Of a DNA stretch of 64,000 nucleotides, positions 27,455 through 37,234 are shown one piece after another (position 1 is the stretch's first letter; the number at the start of each line of letters is the position of its first letter). The notes under the pieces were generated by a model. That model was given only the letters and a program-made list of their open reading frames with translations, had not been told where the DNA came from and did no database searches. The DNA lies in assembly GCA_030674455.1 (NCBI GenBank), contig JAUSGQ010000002.1, positions 6,207-70,206 on the forward strand. Reading direction: 5' to 3'. Origin of the DNA: a bacterium (GTDB taxonomy: Bacteria; Patescibacteriota; Minisyncoccia; Phycocordibacterales; UBA2100). The translations under genes were made by a program, and so were the position numbers.

Positions 27455-28384
27455 ATGTCCCTCTGGCTAAACACAAAAAGAGTCGCGCGGTACGGACTCA
27501 TAGGATTCATTCGAAACGGATTTGTTTCTTTGGCGGCCGTCTCAATAATGACGCTGACGCTTTTTGTTCTGTCGGGGCTCATGGTTTTCGGCGCCGCCCT
27601 TGATGCAACGCTTGTTCAATTGACGCAAAAGGTTGATGTGAACGTGTATTTCACGACTAATGCGACCGAGGCGCAAATCACGGATGTTAAGAAAATGCTC
27701 GAAGGAATGCCGGAGGTCGCATCCGTCACCTTCGTTAGCCGCGAAGAGGCGCTCGCTACATTCCGCGAGAGGCACAAAAACGACCAGCTTACAATCCAGG
27801 CGCTCGACGAGCTACGGGACAATCCGCTCGGAGCCACGCTTGAGGTGAGAGCCAAGCAGACTTCGCAATACGAAGCGATAGCGAAATTCCTTACTACTCA
27901 ACAATCGAATGGCACAAGCGGAGGTTCCGCGATAGACAAGGTGAATTTCTATCAGAACAAGACCGCCATAGACCGGCTGACGAATATCATTGATACCTCG
28001 AAACGCATCGGAACGATTGTTGCCGTCGTCATGGGGCTCGCGTCTCTTCTCATCGCATTCAATACGATACGCCTTGCCATTTATACCTCGCGCGATGAGA
28101 TTGGAGTGATGAATATTGTGGGCGCTGGCAGATGGTACGTGCGCGGGCCGTTTATGATCGCCGGCATTCTCTACGGATTTGTTTCCGGACTTATCGTTTT
28201 GCTGCTGCTCTATCCCATCACGCTCTATATGAGCGCGCCTCTGCAGCGTTTCTTAGGCACATTTAATGCTTTTTCATACTATGCCGGCAATTTCCCCTTC
28301 ATTTTCTTCGTGATAATGTCATTCGGCATAGCTCTCGGAGCATTATCCAGCTATTTGGCCGTTAGAAGATATTTACGAAATTAA
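27455..28384 (+). CDS. ftsX: Cell-division permease FtsX
   Basis: An N-terminal cytoplasmic region with a TM helix, a periplasmic domain and three C-terminal TM helices. It lies 270 bp downstream of ftsE. Confidence 0.85.
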   Translation: MSLWLNTKRVARYGLIGFIRNGFVSLAAVSIMTLTLFVLSGLMVFGAALDATLVQLTQKVDVNVYFTTNATEAQITDVKKMLEGMPEVASVTFVSREEALATFRERHKNDQLTIQALDELRDNPLGATLEVRAKQTSQYEAIAKFLTTQQSNGTSGGSAIDKVNFYQNKTAIDRLTNIIDTSKRIGTIVAVVMGLASLLIAFNTIRLAIYTSRDEIGVMNIVGAGRWYVRGPFMIAGILYGFVSGLIVLLLLYPITLYMSAPLQRFLGTFNAFSYYAGNFPFIFFVIMSFGIALGALSSYLAVRRYLRN

Positions 28385-28541
28385 GGAGCGAAGCGACTAT
28401 AATTTCTTTAATCCAGCCCCAATTTTGAAACGGAGCGGAAATACGCAAAGCGAGCTCAAAATACCGTGATTGGAGAATTTCTGCACATAATGCTGGAGCT
28501 CAAAATTGGTGCTGGGTTTGCCACGTGATAGTATAGTTCGT

Positions 28542-30197
28542 ATGGCGCGCGCGAGTACGGCACACAAGTACATTTTTATCGTGGGAGGCGTAATGTCCGG
28601 CGTCGGCAAAGGAATTGCTTCTTCTTCTATCGCAGCACTCTTGAAAGCGCGCGGGCTCAAAGTCACTTCCCTTAAAATCGACCCCTATATCAACGTTGAT
28701 GCCGGCACGATGAATCCGACGGTTCATGGAGAAGTCTTCGTTTTGGAAGATGGCTTAGAGACTGACCAAGACATGGGCAACTACGAGCGCTTTCTCAATC
28801 AGAGTATTTCGTCGATCAACTATATGACGACGGGCTCCGTCTACCTCTCGGTCATCAAACGCGAACGCAATTTGGAATATGAAGGGAAGTGCGTTGAGGT
28901 GGTACCCGACATTCCGCTTGAAGTTATTTCTCGCATAGAGAAAGCGGCCGAAGGCGCTGATGCGGATGTCACGACGATTGAAATCGGCGGGACGGTGGGC
29001 GAATACCAGAACATTCTTTTTCTTGAAGCGATACGCATGATGAAATCGCAGCATCCCGACGATGTCGCCACGGTTCTTGTCAGCTATCTTCCTGTGCCAA
29101 ATTCGATCGGAGAGATGAAAACGAAGCCGACGCAGTATGCGGCACGAACATTGAACAGCGCCGGAGTTTTCGCGGACATTATCATCGCTCGCGCACCAAT
29201 TGCACTGGATGAGAAACGCCGGCAAAAAATTGCTCTCTTCTGCAACGTAAAGCCCGAGCACGTCATATCAGCGCCCGATGTAAAAAGCATTTACGACGTA
29301 CCGCTCAACTTTGAAAAAGACAATCTATCGGGACAGCTGTGCGAGATATTGAAGATGAATAAATGTTCGCCCACTATCGACCTAAAAGATTGGGAAGAAT
29401 TCGTACGCCGTTCCAAAAATGGAGGAAAAGAAGTAAAAATCGCCGTTGTAGGGAAGTATTTTGATTCCGGCGATTTCGTTCTTTCCGATGTTTATATTTC
29501 CGTGCTTGAGGCGATAAAATATTCCTGCTATGCGGTGGGAGTGAAGCCCAACATAGATTACATCTCGTCGCAGCAATTCGAGAAAGGTGAAAATCTCGAG
29601 AAACTCGCCGGATATGACGGCGTACTCGTTCCCGGGGGATTTGGCGAGACGGGCATTGAAGGGAAAATCAATGTCATAAAATACGTGCGCGAGAACAAAA
29701 TCCCGTATTTCGGCCTTTGTTACGGAATGCAGCTGATGACGGTGGAATTTGCGCGGAATGTCGCCGGGCTCGCGGGCGCGCACACGACGGAAATCGACCC
29801 GAAAACCGCCCATCCGGTTATCGCTATTTTGCCCGAACAAATTGAAAAGCTCGCAAAAAAGGATTACGGCGGAACGATGCGGCTCGGAGCATATCCGTGC
29901 GAACTTACGCCAGGGTCAATCGCACAAGAGGCGTATCAAGCAAAATCAATTTCCGAGCGCCACCGCCATCGCTACGAGATTAATCCCGATTACATCAAAC
30001 AGCTGGAAAATGCCGGGCTAGTTTTCTCGGGGAAATCGCCGGACGGAATTCTTATGGAAATCGCGGAGTTGCCGAAAAGCGAGCATCCGTTCTTTCTCGG
30101 AACGCAATTTCATCCGGAATTCCGCGCTCGCCCGCTTGCACCGCATCCCTTGTTTAATGCGTTCATCAAAGCCGCAGTGGAGAGAAAATCAAAATAG
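28542..30197 (+). CDS. pyrG: CTP synthase
   Basis: KYIFIVGGVMSGVGKGI N-terminus and a C-terminal glutamine amidotransferase domain (GLCYGMQL...HRHRYE). Confidence 0.9.
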   Translation: MARASTAHKYIFIVGGVMSGVGKGIASSSIAALLKARGLKVTSLKIDPYINVDAGTMNPTVHGEVFVLEDGLETDQDMGNYERFLNQSISSINYMTTGSVYLSVIKRERNLEYEGKCVEVVPDIPLEVISRIEKAAEGADADVTTIEIGGTVGEYQNILFLEAIRMMKSQHPDDVATVLVSYLPVPNSIGEMKTKPTQYAARTLNSAGVFADIIIARAPIALDEKRRQKIALFCNVKPEHVISAPDVKSIYDVPLNFEKDNLSGQLCEILKMNKCSPTIDLKDWEEFVRRSKNGGKEVKIAVVGKYFDSGDFVLSDVYISVLEAIKYSCYAVGVKPNIDYISSQQFEKGENLEKLAGYDGVLVPGGFGETGIEGKINVIKYVRENKIPYFGLCYGMQLMTVEFARNVAGLAGAHTTEIDPKTAHPVIAILPEQIEKLAKKDYGGTMRLGAYPCELTPGSIAQEAYQAKSISERHRHRYEINPDYIKQLENAGLVFSGKSPDGILMEIAELPKSEHPFFLGTQFHPEFRARPLAPHPLFNAFIKAAVERKSK

Positions 30198-30203
30198 GGA
30201 AGC

Positions 30204-30959
30204 ATGAGTGTCGCCTTGAAGCTCATCTCACTCAATATCGAGAAGTCGAAACATCTCGACCTTATCGTGCCTTTTTTAGAGAAACAAATGCCTGACGTTT
30301 TTTGCGTACAGGAAATCTACGAGAGTTCTATAGCAACAATTTCAGCTGCTTTGGGTGGTGCGGAGCATGTGTTTATACCGATGACAGGTCGTCCCCGCGA
30401 AACTCCCCCGGAAATTCAAGGTGTTGGCATATTTTCGCGTTTGTCGATAAGAAGACACGAGGTGAAATATTATGTTGGAACGGCGGAAACGGTACCGAAC
30501 TCCGTACAGAATGACCCTGCGACTTACAATCTCAATAACAGAATGGTCATTATCTGTGACATTGAGAAATACGGGAAGATTTTTCGAATAGCGAATACTC
30601 ATTTTACGTGGACGCCAGACGGAAATACAAGTGAGGAACAGCGGACCGATATGCGAACTCTTTTAGACATACTCCATGAGGTGAAGGAGTTCGTACTCGC
30701 AGGCGATTTTAATGCGCCGCGCGGTGGTGAGATTTTCTCAATGCTTGCTGAGAGATACAAAGATAACATTCCGCCGAAGTACAAAACGAGTCTCGACATC
30801 GCGCTCCATCACGCGGGGAAACTGCGTTCGCGCGAGCTTGCGGACAAGATGGTCGATGGCATTTTTTCTACGCCTGGGTATGAGGTTTCTAATGTCCAGC
30901 TAATAAGCGGCGTTTCTGATCATTGTACGGTTGTTGCCGAGGTTATCCCGAACGATTGA
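30204..30959 (+). CDS. Endonuclease/exonuclease/phosphatase (EEP) family protein
   Basis: LNIEKSKH...FCVQEI...AGDFNAP...SDHCTV motifs. Confidence 0.7.
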   Translation: MSVALKLISLNIEKSKHLDLIVPFLEKQMPDVFCVQEIYESSIATISAALGGAEHVFIPMTGRPRETPPEIQGVGIFSRLSIRRHEVKYYVGTAETVPNSVQNDPATYNLNNRMVIICDIEKYGKIFRIANTHFTWTPDGNTSEEQRTDMRTLLDILHEVKEFVLAGDFNAPRGGEIFSMLAERYKDNIPPKYKTSLDIALHHAGKLRSRELADKMVDGIFSTPGYEVSNVQLISGVSDHCTVVAEVIPND

Positions 30960-30988
30960 TTTATTCGGCCTTTTGGATACAATAGGCC

Positions 30989-32035
30989 ATGGATTCGAAG
31001 ATTCTAAATAGGAGTTTTACATTTGACGACGTCCTCATTCGCCCTGCCGCCTCCGACATGGAGCCCGCAGAAGCCTCGCTAAAAACTAACATTGCCGGTA
31101 TTACGCTTACGGTGCCGTTCCTTTCGGCTGCAATGGACAGAGTGACGGAAGAAGCGATGGCCGTCTCCTTGGGCAAGCTCGGGGGCTTGGGCGTGGTACA
31201 CCGCAACTGCTCCATCGAAGTACAGGTGAAGATAATAACCACCATAAAAAAGGCTGGGGTGAAAGTCGCGGCCGCGTGCGGCCCTTTTGCGGCAGACCGC
31301 GCAAAAGCTCTTGATGAAGCGGGGTGCGACGTCATCGTCATTGATTGCGCTCACGGGCATAATTTGAATGTGGTAGCGAGTGCAAAGAAAATAAAAAAGA
31401 GTTTGAAGAATGCGAAGATGATTTATGGAAACATCGCGACAGCAGAAGCTGCAAAAGAAGCGTGCAAATTCGCCGATGCCATTAAAGTGGGCGTGGGCCC
31501 CGGAAGTATCTGCACCACTCGAATTATTTCCGGCGTCGGAGTTCCGCAACTATCCGCAATATTGGAAGTGGTATCGGTAGCATCGAAAAAAGGCGTGCCG
31601 GTCATTGCCGACGGCGGCATCCGCACATCGGGCGACATTGCAAAGGCGCTCGCCGCGGGCGCTTCGGCTGTGATGCTTGGAAACCTCTTCGCTGGCACGG
31701 ATGAGACGCCGGGCAAAATCGTTGAGAAGGACGGCAGAAAATTCAAAGAGTACCGAGGTATGGGTTCCAAATCGGTCATTGAAAGTGCTGCAGGCAAAGA
31801 GCGCTATTTCACGCACGGACGCAAAGCAGTGCCGGAGGGCGTCGAAGCATTGGTGCCATACAAAGGACCCGTGGACGATGTCGTAGCAACGCTCGTTTCA
31901 GGCGTCCAAGTCGGAATGGGATATGTTGGAGCCCGAAACCTCAAGGAATTCCACAAGAAAGCCAAATTTACGCGCATCACGAACGCCTCGATAACAGAAG
32001 GCAAACCGCATTCCCTAGCGGGGATTATTGAATAG
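30989..32035 (+). CDS. IMP dehydrogenase family protein without CBS domains (IMPDH/GMP-reductase-like)
   Basis: [10 protein letters not shown] catalytic loop. [20 protein letters not shown]-terminal [24 protein letters not shown]. 348 aa with no CBS pair. Confidence 0.75.
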   Translation: MDSKILNRSFTFDDVLIRPAASDMEPAEASLKTNIAGITLTVPFLSAAMDRVTEEAMAVSLGKLGGLGVVHRNCSIEVQVKIITTIKKAGVKVAAACGPFAADRAKALDEAGCDVIVIDCAHGHNLNVVASAKKIKKSLKNAKMIYGNIATAEAAKEACKFADAIKVGVGPGSICTTRIISGVGVPQLSAILEVVSVASKKGVPVIADGGIRTSGDIAKALAAGASAVMLGNLFAGTDETPGKIVEKDGRKFKEYRGMGSKSVIESAAGKERYFTHGRKAVPEGVEALVPYKGPVDDVVATLVSGVQVGMGYVGARNLKEFHKKAKFTRITNASITEGKPHSLAGIIE

Positions 32036-32127
32036 AGGAAGCGGGGTTATCGACAGGATTGAGTTGCTGAGAGTCACTGAAGATGTACACTGAAGCTTGA
32101 GATTATTAAATAAGTTATACATTTGAT

Positions 32128-32334
32128 ATGAGCTTAGATAGCCCGGACGGTAAGAAAGGTAGGTTGACTGTACGCCGAATTGAGAATAAAGATCCAAAGG
32201 AAACGAACAGTTTGTTGCCAGTTCAAGATGAAAAATCTAGAATCTCAGCAACAGACGCTAGAATCTTAGGTTTTGAAAATTCGAGGGGCAATGTTCACTT
32301 GGTTGATGAGAAGCCAGAAGAGCCGACAGAATAG
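32128..32334 (+). CDS. Hypothetical small hydrophilic protein (68 aa)
   Basis: ORF only; weak support. Confidence 0.2.
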   Translation: MSLDSPDGKKGRLTVRRIENKDPKETNSLLPVQDEKSRISATDARILGFENSRGNVHLVDEKPEEPTE

Positions 32335-32400
32335 TGATAAGTGATATCAGTGGATCTCCACATTTACTGCGTTTTTCCGTATTTGTCGTAGGATATAGCG

Positions 32401-33504
32401 ATGCAACGCGCTTTTGGTTTGGCAATAACGTTAACGCTTGTCGCGGCTTTTTTGTTCGTGCTCGCAGAGAGGTATGTGTTGCATATACAGTCGGTGACGA
32501 ACTATGCATGGCCGGCGAGGGTAAAAACCGCGTCAATTGTTTTTGGCGGCGACATGATGTTCGATAGGTCAATTCGAACGGCAATCGAAAAACGTACACA
32601 AAAACAAGGTGGCCTGCCTGCCGAAGCCTTGGCGCAGGCAGGAGATTTTATTTTCTCCTGCATTGACCCAGTTCTTGCAGACGCTGATTTAGTCGTGGCT
32701 AATCTTGAGGGTCCGATAACGGAACATGCCTCCATCAGCGCGTCATCAGTCCCCGGAGACGCGTCTAACTTCACGTTTACGTTTCCGACTTCAACATCTG
32801 CGCTTCTCAACTCTCACAATATTCGCATGGTGAACCTGGGGAATAACCATATCCTGAATTTTGGAAGGGTGGGCGCAAAGGTCACCGCGCAATTCCTCAA
32901 AGATGCCGACATTGGATATTTTGGCCAGCCAACGGTCATTTCATCCAAAGCTCTGGCGCAGGTTGGAGCGGCGGCCTGTCCTTTTGAAGCATCATGCGAA
33001 GGGTGGGCAAAGGGAGGCGGTGAGTTGATGCGCACAGTTTCCACAAAAATAATACATGGAATTCCTCTAGCTTTTATAAACTACAATGAGTTTGCTCCCG
33101 CAGAACATTCCAACATTCTTGAGAATGTTGGAATGTCGTCGACTACGATATTTCAGATACAAAATGCGCGCGCCAGCGGATACATTCCGATAGTCTATAC
33201 GCACTGGGGAGTGGAATACGCGACCACATCATCGGCATATTCGCGCGAATTAGCCCATAGATTTATCGAGGCAGGCGCGGAAATTGTTATCGGTTCGCAT
33301 CCGCATGTTGTTCAAGAACACGAAGTTTATAACGGCAAGCGCATTTATTATTCGCTCGGCAATTTCATCTTTGATCAGTATTTCAGCGATGATGTTACGC
33401 ATGGGCTTCTCCTCAAAGTCGCTTTTAATCAAAGCGGCGTGCAGTTGGTCAAAGAAATCCCGATAGAGCTAGAGCGCGATCGAAGGACGTGTCTTGCATT
33501 GTAG
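32401..33504 (+). CDS. CapA/PGA_cap family metallophosphoesterase (poly-gamma-glutamate capsule synthesis-like)
   Basis: An N-terminal TM helix. FGGDMMFDR...VANLEGP...NLGNNHILNFG...HWGVEY...GSHPHVVQ motifs. It contains two in-frame palindrome insertions (family 1 at 32611, family 2 at 33103). Confidence 0.75.
   Translation: MQRAFGLAITLTLVAAFLFVLAERYVLHIQSVTNYAWPARVKTASIVFGGDMMFDRSIRTAIEKRTQKQGGLPAEALAQAGDFIFSCIDPVLADADLVVANLEGPITEHASISASSVPGDASNFTFTFPTSTSALLNSHNIRMVNLGNNHILNFGRVGAKVTAQFLKDADIGYFGQPTVISSKALAQVGAAACPFEASCEGWAKGGGELMRTVSTKIIHGIPLAFINYNEFAPAEHSNILENVGMSSTTIFQIQNARASGYIPIVYTHWGVEYATTSSAYSRELAHRFIEAGAEIVIGSHPHVVQEHEVYNGKRIYYSLGNFIFDQYFSDDVTHGLLLKVAFNQSGVQLVKEIPIELERDRRTCLAL
32611..32642. 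repeat. Family-1 palindrome GGCCTGCCTGCCGAAGCCTTGGCGCAGGCAGG inside the capA-like gene, in frame (LPAEALAQAG)
   Basis: Canonical arms plus the CGAAGCCTTGGCG core. Confidence 0.8.
33103..33138. repeat. Family-2 palindrome GAACATTCCAACATTC-TTGA-GAATGTTGGAATGTCG inside the capA-like gene, in frame (EHSNILENVGMS)
   Basis: It is nearly identical to the intergenic copies at 16877 and 18098. Confidence 0.85.
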
Positions 33505-33546
33505 CAGCGGAAAAATGGCCAAATATAGCCATGTTATAATCGCCGA

Positions 33547-34113
33547 ATGCTTGATATCATTCGGGCAAATATCTACTACGTAATCTTTGTCGGCCTTTTT
33601 TTTGCTGGAGAAACCGTACTGCTTCCTGCTATTTATCTGGGCGTCGAGGGGAAGCTTAATTTGTGGCTTGTACTCTGCCTTTCTCTTGCTGCCACAATTC
33701 TTTCTGACCTCGCGTGGTATTTCATAGGAAGGAATATTCCTTTATCAAAGATACTTTCGTTTCGTTTTTTGCGTTCCAGAAGCAAAGAAATTACTCAGGT
33801 TTCCAGGGCTTTTGATAAGCATGCTTTGTATATTCTATTCATATCAAAGTTTGTTTACGGCACACGTACCATTGCGCAAATTCTTTCTGGTACGCACCGC
33901 GTGCCGTTCTTACCATATCTTGCAATAAACTTCAGCGGTCTTTTTGTATTGAACATGGTTATTGCCATTGTTGCGTTTGTGATAGGCAAAAATACCGTAC
34001 TCGAGGATTCAACATATGGCCTATGGATGGCACTAGGAGTGTTTGCCGCCGTAATCATATTACTTCATTACATATCCAAGAAGATTCTTTGGAAAATATG
34101 GTCACAGCAGTAA
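33547..34113 (+). CDS. DedA/SNARE-associated family membrane protein
   Basis: AGETVLLPAIYLG...YFIGRNIP...FISKFVYGTRT motifs. Confidence 0.7.
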   Translation: MLDIIRANIYYVIFVGLFFAGETVLLPAIYLGVEGKLNLWLVLCLSLAATILSDLAWYFIGRNIPLSKILSFRFLRSRSKEITQVSRAFDKHALYILFISKFVYGTRTIAQILSGTHRVPFLPYLAINFSGLFVLNMVIAIVAFVIGKNTVLEDSTYGLWMALGVFAAVIILLHYISKKILWKIWSQQ

Positions 34114-34775
34114 TCCCCGTATATAACGAAGAAGAGTTGATAGGAAGGGCAGTGTCTGCCCTTCGCGCTTCTCCTTTGATAAGCGAAATAGTTGTTGTTG
34201 ATGACGGCTCAGGCGACAGAACAGCAGAAAGGGCGAAAGAATTAGGCGTTCTCGTTATTACGCTTCCAAGAAACACAGGAAAGGGCAATGCCATGGATGT
34301 TGGCGTAATAAATTCTCGGAACGATATAATTTTATTTTGTGACGGAGACATGTATGGGTTCTCTAAAGACGGGGTAGAGAGCGTGCTAAAACCGATGCTT
34401 AATGGAGATTTGGAAATGTCGATAGCAATTCGTCCATTCATAAGATTTGCCAGAATCTTTTTTCCATTTTTAATTCAGACAAGCGGATTTCGCGCGGTGA
34501 CGAAGCAATCATGGAAACAAGTTCCAAAAGACCTTATTTCCGGGTACCAAGTTGAATTAATGCTTAATTTCGTAGCCAGGAGAAATAATTGGAGAGTTGG
34601 GTATGTGTGCGTACCAGGATTAAAACACACCGTTAAGGAAATAAAGTATGGGCTTCTCGCTGGACTAAAAGCAAGAGGCGTAATGATACGGGATGTTTCT
34701 TCCCTTTTTGTTAAAGTATATGTACGCGAGAGAAAGTTAAAAAGGTCTTCCATTTCCGGCTCCGTGATTGAATGA
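34098..34775 (+). CDS. Family-2 glycosyltransferase (dolichyl/polyprenyl-phosphate sugar transferase-like)
   Basis: VIPVYNEE...VVDDGSGDRT...FCDGDM motifs. The start overlaps the end of the dedA-like gene. Confidence 0.7.
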   Translation: MVTAVIPVYNEEELIGRAVSALRASPLISEIVVVDDGSGDRTAERAKELGVLVITLPRNTGKGNAMDVGVINSRNDIILFCDGDMYGFSKDGVESVLKPMLNGDLEMSIAIRPFIRFARIFFPFLIQTSGFRAVTKQSWKQVPKDLISGYQVELMLNFVARRNNWRVGYVCVPGLKHTVKEIKYGLLAGLKARGVMIRDVSSLFVKVYVRERKLKRSSISGSVIE

Positions 34776-34885
34776 GAGCGTTTTTTAGCGTATTCTCTAC
34801 GAACTAGGGCTTTAATAGCGCCTAGTTATTGCCAGAGCGTGATTAAGGTGGAAAAGTGTAATGAGGTCGTTTTAAGACAGAAGAT

Positions 34886-34956
34886 TGCCAGATCGTCTAA
34901 TGGTAGGACCGCGCCCTCTGGAGGCGTGTATCTTGGTTCGAGTCCAAGTCTGGCAG
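34886..34956 (+). tRNA. tRNA-Gln (anticodon CTG)
   Basis: TGCCAGATCGTCTAATGGTAGGACCGCGCCCTCTGGAGGCGTGTATCTTGGTTCGAGTCCAAGTCTGGCAG. Anticodon loop CTCTGGA. T-loop GGTTCGAGTCC. Confidence 0.8.
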
Positions 34957-34967
34957 CCGATTTTTAA

Positions 34968-35140
34968 GCGTAAAAATCGCGTCGAAGTAAGCATATCTTC
35001 GACGTGGTCACATTACCTTTGCATTAGACTTTGTTATCAATAAAAAAGCTTCAATTCGCGTCGCAGTGTCTCGCATAGAGACACAAGACGAGAACAAGCG
35101 TAAAAATCGCGTCGAAATGACAAACACTTTCGACGAGGTA
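34968..35140 (+). repeat. Two copies of a ~45-bp element (AGCGTAAAAATCGCGTCGAA... plus a 7-8-bp-stem hairpin) separated by ~85 bp. They lie between tRNA-Gln and the Cys-rich four-helix-bundle gene
   Basis: Copy 1 is 34968..35010 (CGTCGAAG-taagcata-TCTTCGACG). Copy 2 is 35097..35140 (GTCGAAA-tgacaaacac-TTTCGAC). A third hairpin GTGTCTC-gcata-GAGACAC lies between them. Confidence 0.6.
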
Positions 35141-35187
35141 CATTTTAAATTCACTGCCAGTTCACCCTCGGCATTGAAAATGGATGA

Positions 35188-35508
35188 ATGCATTCAGAAT
35201 CGGAAGTCAAATATTCGCTTGAGTGCTATCGCGTATGCACCGAGACGATCCAACACTGCCTGAAGATGGGCGGGGAACATATCGAGCAAAAGCATTTCAA
35301 CCTCATGCTGGATTGCGCGAAGGTATGCAACACTGCCGCGGATTTTTTTATGCGCGACTCCGCGTATCGCGAGAAGCTCGGCGTGTTGTGCGCCGAGGTA
35401 TGCGATGCATGCGCCGCAAGTTGCGATGCGTTAGAGGGCGAGGAGATGAAACGCTGCGCAAAAGCGTGCAGGGATTGCGCCGCCGCCTGCAGAGGCATGG
35501 GAGAATAA
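35188..35508 (+). CDS. Cysteine-rich four-helix-bundle protein (DUF326; copper-storage Csp-like)
   Basis: 106 aa with repeated CxxxC / C-x-x-C-x-x-x-C helices: CAKVCNTAADFF...CAEVCDACAASCD...CAKACRDCAAACRG. Confidence 0.6.
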   Translation: MHSESEVKYSLECYRVCTETIQHCLKMGGEHIEQKHFNLMLDCAKVCNTAADFFMRDSAYREKLGVLCAEVCDACAASCDALEGEEMKRCAKACRDCAAACRGMGE

Positions 35509-35704
35509 ATGTCCCTAGGTTAATCCGAATCCGAGAAGGCCTGCAATCGCAACTATAGCTCACTCACAAGCCCTCATTGCACGTTCATTTTAGTGTTATA
35601 TACTTAATGATGTGCTTGTGGGGCGTCAGCCCTATTTCGGCTAACACATAAGCCGAAGGCAGGCACGACAAAGAGCGCCACCGTAAGGTGGTGTTTTTTG
35701 TTGC

Positions 35705-36184
35705 CTAATCCTCGTCGGGATTACCTTTCATCGTGCTGATGAGCTTCATGTCGCGGTATTTGTTGGTCGTCCATGCGGGTACGATACTCCAGAAATGAAG
35801 CTGGCCATTGTCACCGATTTTTCTCACGATAACCTTTATCTTACGCCCATCAATGATGGCGATGATGCCCCAGTATTTCACGGGCTTGCTTTTGCGAATA
35901 CGCTTTTTATGGCTTTTCACTTCAAACTCCTTGAGCGTTTCCTCGTACTCTTGGTAGGTAGTCGAGAGCTCGACTAGTTTCGCTGCTCGCGATAGGAGCT
36001 TGAAGCGAAGTATCTGCGACGGCCGTTCTCGTTCGCTACGCGAACCCTTGAAGATGAGATGGTTGAAACCCTCGGCAGTGAAGTGAAGGTAATCATTTAG
36101 GGCGGGCGAGAATATCGGACCTATGCTTTGGTAGAACTTTTGCGCGTCGGCGCGGATTTTCTCGTAGTTGGAAAGGTCTTCCAT
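35705..36184 (-). CDS. Hypothetical protein (159 aa)
   Basis: ORF with no competing frame; the family is not recognised. Confidence 0.4.
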   Translation of the reverse strand: MEDLSNYEKIRADAQKFYQSIGPIFSPALNDYLHFTAEGFNHLIFKGSRSERERPSQILRFKLLSRAAKLVELSTTYQEYEETLKEFEVKSHKKRIRKSKPVKYWGIIAIIDGRKIKVIVRKIGDNGQLHFWSIVPAWTTNKYRDMKLISTMKGNPDED

Positions 36185-36284
36185 TGCGAGTAGTGTACAT
36201 CATCGTAAATAGACGATATGGCCTGTTTTGTGTCTGAAACTTACTTTTAAAAGCAATTATTTAGGTTCAAAGTAGTATACTGAT

Positions 36285-37184
36285 TTGATGAAACGTATCG
36301 GAATCGTAATAATTGTCGTTATTCTGCTTGGCATAGCGTTTGCCTGGGTGCGCAATTTTAGCCGCACAGCGGCGCCTGCGCCGATTGCCACGGTTCTATA
36401 TTCTTGCGATGCGGGGAAAACAATAAATGCCATTTACTACTCGGGCGAGCCGAAGCCTGCAGCCGGACCTGATATGCCGCCCTCGCCCGGCGGAAGCGTC
36501 GCTATTACGCTTTCCGACGGACGCGCGATGACGCTGCCGCAAACCATATCCGCTTCCGGAATCCGTTACGCTAATGCGGATGAATCATTCGTATTCTGGT
36601 CTAAAGGCGAGGGCGCGCTCGTGCTTGAGAGCAATGAGGAAAAATCATACATAGGATGCATCGCAGTAGTGCCGGAGCCACGAGGCGAGGGCCTTACGCG
36701 CATTTACTCCAATAGTTCGGAAGGTTTCTCTATCCGCCTGCCGAGCGATTACACGATTGACGAATCCTACCGCTACCCAAATCTAGACCCCGGCAAAATT
36801 ATCTCGGGCATCAAATTTACTATTCCGGAATTAGCGGCAGCGGGGACTAATCTCGGCGTTGACACATATATAAGCGTCGAAGAAATTCCGCAGACGCAGG
36901 CGTGTACGGCAAATCTGTTCATGGTACGCGATGAAGCGGAGCGGACTATTCCAGAGGGCAAAACTACGTATTCCTTCGCATCATCAACAGGGGCTGCCGC
37001 CGGCAACCGCTGGGATGAGCAGGTTTACGCCCTTTCGGGTACCAATCCGTGCGTCGCGGTGCGCTACTTCATCCATTATGGAGTGATTGAGAATTATCCC
37101 GCCGGCGCAGTGCAAGAGTTTGATGAGACATCCCTCATCGCGGAATTTGATGCAATTCGCCGCACGCTCATTATCGTGCAATAA
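36285..37184 (+). CDS. Secreted protein with an N-terminal MliC-like (membrane-bound lysozyme inhibitor) domain and an unknown C-terminal domain
   Basis: Signal anchor. YSCDAGKTINAIYY...ITLSDGRAMTLPQTISASGIRYA...FWSKGEGALV resembles PF09864. Confidence 0.45.
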   Translation: MMKRIGIVIIVVILLGIAFAWVRNFSRTAAPAPIATVLYSCDAGKTINAIYYSGEPKPAAGPDMPPSPGGSVAITLSDGRAMTLPQTISASGIRYANADESFVFWSKGEGALVLESNEEKSYIGCIAVVPEPRGEGLTRIYSNSSEGFSIRLPSDYTIDESYRYPNLDPGKIISGIKFTIPELAAAGTNLGVDTYISVEEIPQTQACTANLFMVRDEAERTIPEGKTTYSFASSTGAAAGNRWDEQVYALSGTNPCVAVRYFIHYGVIENYPAGAVQEFDETSLIAEFDAIRRTLIIVQ

Positions 37185-37234
37185 GGCGCCAGGTAGAGAT
37201 TTTTCGGGTTGCGGGTATAATCGAAGTTACAAAT

